Below, in pieces: positions 1 to 9,481 of a stretch of 64,000 nt of DNA. A program made the translations under genes and the position numbers. How positions within the stretch are numbered: position 1 is the stretch's first letter; every line of letters begins with the position of its first letter. The notes beneath the pieces are model-generated. The model made no database searches and was not told where the DNA came from. It was given only the letters and a program-made list of their open reading frames with translations. This DNA comes from Podarcis erhardii. Lineage: Eukaryota. The stretch lies in assembly GCA_964252035.1 (NCBI GenBank), contig OZ176201.1. One strand, 5' to 3'.

Positions 1-98
1 CACCAGCCCCCAGGGCCGGTCCAAGATGTTTGGGTGCCTGAGGTGGACTCCAAAATGGTGCTGCTCATCCCGCCAGGGAAGGTTTATGTTAAGGATAA

Positions 99-430
99 GG
101 GGGCGGGTGGCGCTGTGGGTTACACCACAGTGCCTAGGATTTGCCGATCAGGTTGGTGGTTTGAATCCCCGCGATGGTGTCAGCTCCCATTGCTCGGTCC
201 CTGCTCCTGCCAACCTAGCAGTTCGAAAGAACGTCAAAGTGCAAGTAGATAAATAGGTACCGCTCTGGCGGGAAGGTAAACGGCGTTTCCATGCGCTGCT
301 CTGGTTCGCGAGAAGCGGCTTATGCTGGCCACATGTACGCCAGCTCCCTTGGCCAATAAAGCGAGGTGAGCGGCACAACCCCAGAGTTGGTCACGACTAG
401 ACCTAATGGTCAGGGGTCCCTTTACCTTTA
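99..430 (+). mobile_element. Sauria SINE, nested in a degraded hAT MITE (about 11-524)
   Basis: tRNA-like head GGCGGGTGGCGCTGTGGG...TTGAATCCCCGCGA; body AGTAGATAAATAGGTAC; tail CCCTTTACCTTTA. Confidence 0.9.
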
Positions 431-539
431 CTTAAGGGGGCAGGGGAGAAAGAGCGACATTGGCATCTGCCACCCTGTGGATCCTGCTGCCTGAAGCAGT
501 CACCTCATGGGTTGGCCAGCTCTGGCAGCGACCAATCTA

Positions 540-796
540 CCGTAGTACCTACGGTTGCAAACAGGATCTGTTCTGGAGCTCCGGTCGCATCCCGAGGAAT
601 TCGCAACCGGAGGTGCCGCTTTTGCGCATGGTACGGTTTAGTGCTTCTGCACATGCACGCATGTAGAGTGCTGCGCATGGTGTGTAGAGTGCTTCTGCGC
701 ATACACGCAGGACAAAACCCAGAAAAATACTTCCGGGTTTGCCACGTATCCCGAAGGATACATAACCAGAGGTGAACGCAAGTAGAGGTAACACTG
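540..796. mobile_element. Tc1/pogo (Tigger-like) MITE
   Basis: Termini CCGTAGTACCT and AGGTAACACTG, flanked by TA at 538-539 and 797-798. Confidence 0.65.
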
Positions 797-1418
797 TAGT
801 TCAGTATCGGCTACAACAGCTTTCTCCACCCAACCTCTGGCACCCCCCATATGCTCTGAACTACTATGGCACTGCTGGTTGGGGCTGGTGGGAGTGGGAT
901 TCAAAAGAAAGGACACTAGGCTGGGAAAATGCTAGCAACTTCCCCAGACAGGAATCTAGTCCAGCCCCTCCTGGAGATGCCAGGGATTGAATATGGTATA
1001 ACAAATGTGCTCTACTGCTAAGCTATGGACTTCCACAAGTGATATTCTATGGCACTGGAAATTACTTGAAGATTAACTATATATCATATGAAAGAATAAA
1101 AATTTAAATCAATTCTTAAATTCCACCATAAGCTCTATAAATTTCAGTTAAAGACAGTAGCGATGGAGCAAATCACAACTAGTTTAGGGGCTGCACAATC
1201 CAGCGAGGATGAGTTATTGCCATTCATAAGTAGTGGTTTCACAGGAAATGCTGTTTTTAGATATGCGTGGGGTGTGAATCTGATTCTACCCTTTTCCTCA
1301 ATTCATGTATTCTGAAGTCAACCTTTAAAAAAAGTTTTGTCATAGGCATGATTTGTGAACCTTTAGAACAGTTTTTTAAAAAGAAAATTATTCCAAGCCA
1401 GTCTTTTGCAAAGCTATA

Positions 1419-1511
1419 TTTATTTCTTATAACTTTACAGCTACAACAAAATTTTCACAAACTATACAAAAAGGCTTAAAACAGACATTAAACAGGTGCA
1501 TTTAATTTAAT
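1419..1511 (-). terminator. Candidate SELENOK polyadenylation signals
   Basis: Tandem ATTAAA at 1511-1506 and 1506-1501; AATAAA at 1424-1419. Confidence 0.55.
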
Positions 1512-1580
1512 AGAACTGCATTTCAGTTACACTGGATCCTGGAAGTCGGAATTCCCAGCACAACTTCATTGTTCTGCTAA
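1509..1580 (-). promoter_or_regulatory. SECIS element (type II) in SELENOK 3' UTR
   Basis: Minus strand: helix I AGAAC/GUUCU; core AUGAA (1569-1565) and UGAA (1525-1522); helix II GUUGUGCUGG/CCAGUGUAAC fully paired (10 bp plus a G.U); unpaired AA (1553-1552); apical mini-stem UCC/GGA. Confidence 0.9.
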
Positions 1581-1685
1581 TCCACAGAGCAGTGAATCAT
1601 TTAGACACACACACACAACACTCAGACCCATTTGGTCCATCTGCCAGCAGGTCATTTCAGTGTTGCAAATGTATGTCCAGTTGTC

Positions 1686-1703
1686 TGCCTCTCAAAAGAG
1701 GCA
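1686..1703 (-). promoter_or_regulatory. Stem-loop just 3' of the SELENOK stop; candidate Sec redefinition element (SRE)
   Basis: UGCCUCU-UUUG-AGAGGCA, a perfect 7-bp stem starting 11 nt after the UGA in spliced mRNA. Confidence 0.5.
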
Positions 1704-1704
1704 T

Positions 1705-1708
1705 TTAC
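1705..1708 (-). CDS. SELENOK: SELENOK terminal exon start (last base of Arg95 plus TAA stop), followed by the 3' UTR
   Basis: Acceptor TTTTCTTCTTCTTAG|GTAAATGCC; the SECIS lies about 130 nt further on in the same exon. Confidence 0.85.
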
Positions 1709-4702
1709 CTAAGAAGAAGAAAATACTGATTAGTTTTCTGGCTATGTTGCGATTGCATACATTCCATACATTACAAACAATGAAATTTGCACCAGGAGCT
1801 TATGAGGTCATCACATTTGTTTTTCTTCAGGCGGCAACCTCCACCAAACCTGACAAAACTGCTTTTGAACCCAAAAAAATGTTGAACATGGTTTGTCATG
1901 TAGTATGGGGCAGTCAAAGAAAAGAAAAGAAATCTAAAATTGCATTAGATTTACTTGAGTCTTAAGTAGCTTTTAAAATCCTGGCTATTAAACATTTACA
2001 GTAAGATATCAATACAAGTATATTTCTTTTAAGTAAACATTATTTAACACAAAGCATAAAACATAATCATCCTCAATATACAAAGAATTTCTGTACAGTA
2101 TAAGGATGGATTCTAATGACCGATTCTAATTGCAGAGATTTTTTACTGAAGTAGCTGGCTCTCTACAAATAAGTTTCTGCTGGAGCTGGACCAAAAATTG
2201 ACATGTGCTGAAGTTCAGTGTGGAAGCTGTGACCATGGAAATCCAAAGTAAGTGATGTTTAACGTGCTAAAAAAGAACAATAACAGCCAGGAGAGTTTGT
2301 CATTGTCCTGGTAATGTGCTTCAGCATATTCTTAGGATGCAGAAAGGTCACTCATTATCAGAGTGCTGTTCCTTATGTAACAAAAAAACAAAACAAAACA
2401 AAAACAACAAAACCAAAAAACCAAAAAAAGGTACCACCCACACTTCTAGGTTTGCAGAAGTGCAAAAAACTTAGATTTTTTTTATAAATTAGAAAATAGC
2501 CCAATGAGGGCTGAACATAGTTGCCACAGATCAAATGATGTCTATGGGGGAAATAAATGAAAAGCCAAGGGGGAACAGAAGGCGGAGAAGAGAGCATAGC
2601 TACCAAGAAGCCTGATCAGGAGCACTTCGCAATGCAACATTTTGTTGCAGGTCCCACTTGTATAGTACTGCTGCTCAGTTTATATCCCCTTGATACATTA
2701 TGCAGCTCCTTATCTCTCAACCTCTCTTACTGAAATCCACTAAGTATTCAAAATATTAGAAAACTATAGGTCTGGACACAGTGCAAATCTAACAACACTA
2801 CTCTGAAGTAAGTTCTATTTAATTCAATGGGGCTTGCTTCCAGGTAATTGGTATTAAAATTACATCCCAAACCAAGTACAGTACTAAAAAAAGGGGAACA
2901 CTGGTTTTTCCCTTTGCAGATCTTTGCCTAATGTCAAAGCATGTAGAGCAGACACCTTTCCTTTCTGAATAGTGGGCAGGAGGAGGAACAGGGCAAAATC
3001 TAAAGCTCACCCATCTGCCCTATATGCACTTAAAACTATAAAATTATTTAGTTTTGCAGCCACCAATTACTAGATTTTTCCTCTGATTTTGCAAAAGAAA
3101 AAATCGTGTTCCTAAGCCAAACTAAAGTTCATTTTTTAATTCAGAATCCAAAAAACGACAGCTCATAGCTTACCTTCCTCATCCACCTCCAGCCATGGGT
3201 GGAGGACTTGGACCTCCTCCAAAGTGGTTTATTCGACCCATTCTACGACGAGGAATCCCTGGAGGCCTAAAACAAACAAAAGCAAAATGTGAAGAGAAAA
3301 CACCTGGCAAGAAATCCCATCAGAGAAGCACCTTCAGATGTAGCAGATTATGGGTTTCTAAGATTGGTAAAATAAGTTTTCCTTTCTTAGGCTCCCCAAA
3401 ATGCAAGATTCCTTATCAACAGATGAGATACCTTTATACCAGAGCTTTCAAAACTTTTCATGTTGGTGACACACTTTTTAGACATGCATCATTTCATGAG
3501 ACAGTAATTCAGTTTTACTAGCAAACCAGAGGTTAAACCAGTCCTTTTTTTTTCTTTAAAAATGTTTAGGGGTACTCTCATTTTGACTCAATAAAATCAC
3601 CATTTTATAGTTCAAATCGGGAAAAATAAATACATAAATGGACAAAAGTACGAAGATTCACAAAATGTTTAGGGGTATGTGTACCCCTTCGTCTCCCTAG
3701 AAAAAAATGCACTGGGTTAAACTAACCCCTTTCCAGCCCTTGGACGACAGCAGGGAGCATTCACATGACACACCTACACATGGCAACCGACACACTAACG
3801 TGTTGTGACACACAGTTTTCAAAGCTTTGCTTTATACCTTTATAATGTGAGGCATCTTTACAAGGATGGCCAGCTAAGCTTGAAGTAAATGCAGCATCTC
3901 TCATTCTGAACTAAATTTGGAAGATTTTAATAACTGAAGTTAGGGTGGGGCTCACATATGGTCTCTACATGTAGTTTTGCATCCAGTTGGGCTATGCACA
4001 GACCTTCAGCATAGAGCAAGGCCTGACACAAGTGGGCCTCACATCATATGATCCTCTGTGATGATGGCTATCTGGTGACAGCTTACTTGTAAATGGATTT
4101 TCAGGCTCAAACTCACAATAGGGATTCTACTTGAGCTCCCTCACCTTGCTCCTGTTCTTCACCATGTGCAAGATCTAAATACTGGGGATGTGTGTGAATC
4201 AGGCCTAAATATCTTATGTTTCCATATAATCTGTCACATATTGTTTGCTCATAAATGTTTCTTTCAGTAAAACACACACATAACAACCTGACTTTTTAAT
4301 AAGATAGTAGTATTTTGTGTACCATCTAAATCGACTGCCTGTTTGGTTTGGCTGATGGCATATGGGAATCCAAAAACATTGGAAGTGCAGCAAGTTTCCC
4401 ACCCTAAATTAAAATGAAAAAGCAGTACCCCCTTCCATCATCGTATCTTGAAGAGGAGGTAGATGTGTAGCCTCTCCTTGTCAAGTCTGGGTGAATAATG
4501 CTCTGGAAACTGAAATGACAAAAGATTCCCATTAATCCAGTGCCACAAATAACAGGGTTAAGCAGCAGGGTTAAGCAGTTCAGTAGTAATATTAAGTTTA
4601 AATGAACAGCAAAATTGCCTTTCTACAATTTTTTTTTTCTATCTTTACTTCTGAAGAGAATATATCTCTCTCTGAAGAGATATATATATCTTCTGAAGAG
4701 AA

Positions 4703-4743
<41 letters not shown>

Positions 4744-7700
4744 CCCGGTCCAACATTTGTCAATTGAATGGAAGACTGAAAAAATCTAAACTTGAGTCAG
4801 GACTTATTTTAAATAGCCTTTATGAGACATCAAAATATTATCAGGGTGTCCCCAAAAGCCTAGAATGCTGGTTTCCTTTTTTCAGATGTCACAAGCATCT
4901 CATGTTATTAAGTTTCCTGTGCATTGAACAATTTAATTTTAATCAATCATTTCTTTTTCTTTCTTGCTTTGTGGAGTATTGTCATCTCACGACTCTCTTT
5001 TACTGAAGAAAAGCTTTGCTTGGTGTTCAATTGANNNNNNNNNNNNNNNNNNNNNNNNNNNNNNNNNNNNNNNNNNNNNNNNNNNNNNNNNNNNNNNNNN
5101 NNNNNNNNNNNNNNNNNNNNNNNNNNNNNNNNNNNNNNNNNNNNNNNNNNNNNNNNNNNNNNNNNNNNNNNNNNNNNNNNNNNNNNNNNNNNNNNNNNNN
5201 NNACTAGTCCCAGATGGTTCTGAAGTTGCACAATTTAAGATTTAGATTAAGAGAACAATTCTACTTACAACATAACTACGAAGTCTGCTATTCCCCAAAA
5301 GAAGTCAGTTATAAATGACAAGCTCCATGGAGCCCGACTCCGGCTATCCAACACTTGACCTGTAATTAATAATAATAATAATAAATATTATCTCAAAATA
5401 ACAATGTACACATCATTATGAAGAAGAAAGCAGTATTATTCACAAAAAATGGTATTTTAGAAGTTAAAACACAAATCAGTATTATTTCCCTTTAATCATG
5501 TAGCATGGGGACTTACTGTTTGAAAAATATAAAGCCTGGGAAGCTGGCCAAGGAATGTACTTTACCAGTTGTTATATGCTTCCCTAACATAATTTACTAC
5601 AGGAGTGGAGAATCTGTGGTCCTCCAGATGTTGCTATACTGTGACTCCCATAATCTCTAATGACTATTCAGGGGTTGCTGACAGTTAAGAGACCAACAAA
5701 ACTTGGAGAATTTCCCACCCCTGGTTTACTGGAAGTAACATTTCACTTGACATAAAAATAGTCACTTAAAATAGTTGTAACTGGAGATATGGGCCCAACT
5801 GCAAATTTCTGTTTGTTCAAATCTAAGTTTACTCGTCCATTCTGCAACACACATTAATGTGTAACAAATCAAGTGGAAACATCTCCCCCCCCCACCTAAC
5901 AATGCTAGTTTCTTGCATCATAGTTGCTATGTTTCCAATGTTCAACCCATCTGGAGCAACAACCATCAGTACAGTACTATACTAGCAAATCCTTCCACCT
6001 AAAAGCTCTCTTATAGCTTAGTCCTATATATTTAAGAAGTTATGTACGGGTCAGAAAATCTTACTCCTAAAAATGAACACAGCATAGCAGCCCTAGCTTC
6101 TGTACTCCTGCACATTTTTGTTACTACAAACTACGGACAAGATACACTAGTTCTCCAGCCGAAACTGCAATCAATGCTTAATTTTTTAAATTCTTCTAGT
6201 GCTAAACCCAGTCTTGTACTTAGCAACAGGTGACCAGGAATTTCAAGCAACCCAGTAAGAAAGCTGGTGAAGGAGGGACAGATTGCTCCATCATTCCACC
6301 GTCAGCATACTTGGATAGCACAGAAAAAGAAAAATACCTTCCTTCACAACCAGAGTGAAAACTCAGTAAACCACGGTGGGAAAATATGATCCCACCTCTC
6401 CACCAGCAGTTCCCTTGATAGAAATGTTTTGTTTGTTTTTAATCAGACTGCTAAAAGACTATAAGCTTACATTTCAGTGCTGTCTGTGAAAGAGGGAAAA
6501 TGCAAACTAGCAAGAACTACTGCAGGCTTATTAACACCCTAATAATAAAAAAGGTATTTTAATCATTAGGCTTTTTATCATTGTTATTAGATTTCTCCCA
6601 TTCCCCAAAAGCACTAATCAAACCACAATTACCTGCTAGTGTCAGCACTGAGAACGCAAATCAATGACCATTTAAGTCAAGTATATTATTCTTTAAGAAC
6701 GTATAGAGTTGAGTTCTAATTTGCTGAGCAATAGTCAAGGTTCAGAGAACCAACACACATTAGGTAGATCAATTGAATAGTTACTCTGAAATGCTATTTG
6801 TACAGCTTAATCCTATGCTTACTTCAACAGAGTTCAACAGAGTTTAAGATTATCACCTACTGCTAACATGAAGCAGAGGAGCCAAAAGTAATTCCACCCC
6901 AAATTTGTAAATTAAGGCATATAAACAATTTCTTTCTTCTGGGGCGACAGTCCAAATTAGGAGGCAGAAGAATGGTTTGAGATGGCAAACCAAGCAATTA
7001 AAAATATGAATCGAAATCTAGTTAAAACTGCATTGGCCGTGAGCCAGAATTTATCAGAAGAGGTATGTACTGGGTTGACACCTGCAATGATAATCATATT
7101 CCTGTTTCTAACCTTATAGGTGATTTACAGACCAAGGCAGTTCTTTGTGCATCTGAATAATGACTTCGAGGTGCCCACAAGGCGATTTAATTATCCCGCT
7201 TTTGAAAAAGAAAACAGGCTTTTAATCCGCACGAAGCCATTCGCCCGGGTTCTTTCGGAGTTACCCTTTGAAAAACAACCTCAAGCCCTGTCATACGAAC
7301 ATGACAACCCTTTCAGTGCATCTTTTCACAGACAGGAACAGCAGGAATTATGTAAGTTTATTCAGCAACTATGAAAACACTACTGGCAGCCTTCCGGATC
7401 TACCAGGTTGCAGAAAGCGTGATCTTGCGTAGGGGCCTCGATCTACACCACCTCCACTACTTCCAATACAATAGGAGCAGAAAAAGAGAGGATCAGGCAT
7501 AAATTTTCCTCTGCCCCATGGGCGTAGCCGGGGGGGGGGCAGCTGCCTCCCTAAATCAAGAAAATAAAAATACTTAACTAACCAATTGCGCTGCAGATAA
7601 CTCTGTTCTACCCTCCCCAACATAAAGGCTGCCGCCCTAAAATAAATCATGGCTATCCCCATGCTCTGCCCCACTCCCACCCCATAATAAAGGTTCCCTC

Positions 7701-7745
7701 CCCACCGCGGAATCTCTGCCCCTCACCGTTCGAAATATAAACCAT
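1705..7745 (-). CDS. SELENOK: Selenoprotein K, complete spliced CDS join(7727-7745, 5269-5359, 4429-4509, 3174-3266, 1705-1708); 95 aa, Sec93
   Basis: Hand-spliced with GT-AG introns; 19+91+81+93+4 = 288 nt. Protein MVYISNGQVLDSRSRAPWSLSFITDFFWGIADFVVMFFQSIIHPDLTRRGYTSTSSSRYDDGRGPPGIPRRRMGRINHFGGGPSPPPMAGGGUGR. It has the N-terminal TM segment, Gly/Pro-rich tail and C-terminal GUGR typical of vertebrate SELENOK, and a SECIS is present downstream. Confidence 0.97.
3174..3266 (-). CDS. SELENOK: SELENOK exon 4 containing UGA-Sec (3181-3179)
   Basis: Acceptor TTTGTTTTAG|G; encodes PPGIPRRRMGRINHFGGGPSPPPMAGGG-UGA-G; donor AAG|GTAAGC. Confidence 0.96.
3440..3829. mobile_element. hAT MITE in SELENOK intron 3 (outer element)
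   Basis: TIRs CAGAGCTTTCAAAACT and AGTTTTCAAAGCTTTG; perfect 8-bp TSD CTTTATAC (3432-3439, 3830-3837). Confidence 0.85.
3539..3714. mobile_element. hAT MITE nested inside the previous MITE
   Basis: TIRs CAGTCCTTTTTTT and AAAAAAATGCACTG; perfect 8-bp TSD GGTTAAAC (3531-3538, 3715-3722). Confidence 0.85.
4429..4509 (-). CDS. SELENOK: SELENOK exon 3 (FQSIIHPDLTRRGYTSTSSSRYDDGR)
   Basis: Acceptor CATTTCAG|T; donor GG|GTACTG; 81 nt. Confidence 0.95.
4650..4742. repeat. Three 21-bp units (TCTGAAGAG...) running into a (TCTA)n microsatellite
   Basis: TCTGAAGAG at 4650, 4671 and 4692; (TATC)n 4703-4742. Confidence 0.85.
5035..5202. other. Assembly gap (168 N) in SELENOK intron 2
   Basis: Run of N. 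Confidence 1.
5269..5359 (-). CDS. SELENOK: SELENOK exon 2 (QVLDSRSRAPWSLSFITDFFWGIADFVVM)
   Basis: Acceptor TTACAG|GTC; donor TT|GTAAGT; 91 nt, open frame. Confidence 0.96.
5600..5724. mobile_element. Degraded Charlie/MER5-like hAT MITE
   Basis: CAGGAGTGGAGAA...CCTCCAGATGTTG...ACTCCCA...CCCACCCCTG; same family as 20714 and 54153. Confidence 0.6.
7517..7663. mobile_element. hAT MITE in SELENOK intron 1
   Basis: TIRs CATGGGCGTAGCC and GGCTATCCCCATG; perfect 8-bp TSD CTCTGCCC (7509-7516, 7664-7671). Confidence 0.85.
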
Positions 7746-8110
7746 GGCTTCGCCCCACCGTCCCGGATCCGAACGCTCAGAGGTCTCTCTCTCTCTCTCT
7801 CTCTCCTGCTCCAGCCCCGCCCCTCCTCTGCCACCCAGGAAGTCGGAGCTGGGAAGACGCCATAGGCCGAGCGATCACGGGATGGGCCGTTGCGTCACCA
7901 CTTTGCCTCCCTTAAGCAGCCGCAGCTGCCGCAGCCGCTCCTTCCGCCCTTGGCCTGCCAGTTCGGCGGCTCTGGCAGCATACTCGCCTCATTTAGACCA
8001 CAGAGATAGGAAAATGGTAGAGCAGCGCGCCCTGCGCTCCTCGGTGGGCGGGAAACAGAAATAAAGAGAAACTCGGCGGCTTTGATATGCCATAGTACAC
8101 GACTGGAGAT
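7700..8110 (-). promoter_or_regulatory. CpG-island promoter and 5' UTR of SELENOK
   Basis: CpG-dense against a CpG-poor background; GC boxes 7814-7823 and about 8046-8051; ETS CAGGAAGT 7836-7843; TGACGCAA (minus) 7890-7897; (GA)n tract 7784-7804. Confidence 0.8.
7727..7745 (-). CDS. SELENOK: SELENOK coding exon 1 (MVYISNG)
   Basis: Strong Kozak GAAGCCATGG with ATG at 7745-7743; donor G|GTGAGG, phase 1. Confidence 0.95.
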
Positions 8111-8475
8111 TGATGGGGTGTGTTTGTGTGCCAGATTCAATATGAGAAGCTGAGCAGTGTGTGGGGAGTTCATAGAAGTCTGGTCAAAATGGCACCTAAG
8201 GACTGCAAACTGGGTAGCCTGCACATGAGAAGCTGGAACCAGAAAAAAACAAGCTTCCAGGTGTTAAGGGGTTACACTGGAGCATTCTTGGTGCATTGTC
8301 TTTATGGTTCTGTAAGCTAGAAAGAACTAATAAGCATAACCATGGAGGAAAAGGCAAGAGCGAAAGGATGAAAAGTGTAGAAGTCTAAGCAAAAGCAATT
8401 ATATGATTTCATGCCAATAGAGGAGATCATTTGTGTTGGATAGGTTGGCCCCCCAAGAAGAATACAGGCCCAGGG

Positions 8476-9481
8476 AAACTAAAATCCAAGGTTCAAGACT
8501 GGTTACATTATTATCAGATAAATGAGACTTTTAAGCAGGACAGGAAACTAGGATTTCAGAAGGAGAGGTCAAAATTGGAAACAGAATTGTTAGAGACCAA
8601 TACTAAGAATCTGTCTAAAATGTATAACTTGTTGCTGAAATGGAATACACAGGATGAAACGGTTAAATCAGCTATGATCAAATGGGCACAAGACTTAGGT
8701 CATGATATTATGTTTGCTGACTGGGAACAGTTATGGACCACAGGCCTTAAATTTACGGCATGTAGTGCCTTGAAAGAAAACATAATGAAAATGATCTATA
8801 GGTGGTACATGACCCCAGTCAAGCTTGCAAAGATATACCATTTGCCCAATAATAAATGCTGGAAATGTAACGAATGTGAAGGAACTTTCTACCATCTTTG
8901 GTGGACCTGCCCAAAGATTAAGGCCTACTGGGAAATGATCTATAATGAAATTAAGAAAATCCTTAAGTGGACATTTGCAAAGAAACCGGAGGCTTTTCTC
9001 TTGGGCATGGTCGGCCAATTGGTACCAATGAAAGATAGGACATTCTTTATGTACGCAACTACAGCAGCAAGAATCCTTTTGGCAAAGTATTGGAAGATGC
9101 AAGAATTACCTACTCTGGAAGAATGGCAGACGAAGGTGACTGAATTTATGGGACTGGCAGAGATGACCGGCAGAATCCGTGATCAGAGGAGAGAGACAGT
9201 GGAAGAGGACTGGGAAAAATTCAAAATATATTTTAAGAACTGCTGTAAAATTTCAGACTGACAAAATGTCAAGGGGTAAGAAACAGAGAATTACAGCTGT
9301 AAATGTTTAAGTTAAGAAAACCTGAGGGAAGTTAAATATAAAAATGGAATGAAGGATTACTAAAAAATTGGAAACAAGGGTGCAGTGAAGGGGAGGTATG
9401 GGGAAGTCATGTGTTGTTTGTGTATGTTTTTTTTGGTGTTTTAGTTTATGAAAATTAATAAAAATTATTTAAAAAAAAAAA
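8476..9481 (+). mobile_element. 5'-truncated L1/Tx1-clade LINE: ORF2 C-terminus, 3' UTR and poly(A)
   Basis: Open frame 8476-9261 with a CCHC knuckle CWKCNECEGTFYHLWWTC; AATAAA 9457-9462; A-tail; perfect 18-bp TSD AAGAATACAGGCCCAGGG (8458-8475, 9482-9499). Confidence 0.93.

Noticed and set aside
26-378. Recurrent ORFs in Sauria SINE copies (also 13417-13805, 23658-23840, 26506-26733, 30687-31020)
   Set aside because: Translations of a non-coding SINE
1195-1310. Alternative AUGA...AA...GA SECIS-like patterns downstream of the real SECIS
   Set aside because: Helix II is too short or pairs canonically through the core; no kink-turn geometry
3228-3233. AATAAA inside SELENOK exon 4
   Set aside because: Part of the Arg-Ile-Asn codons; cleavage there would give a non-stop mRNA and there is no downstream U-rich element in the exon
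3195-3521. 108-aa plus-strand ORF
   Set aside because: Antisense shadow of SELENOK exon 4 running into intron and MITE sequence
4602-5245. 134-aa ORF and the X-containing ORFs (also 34764-35012)
   Set aside because: Produced by a TCTA microsatellite and by N gaps
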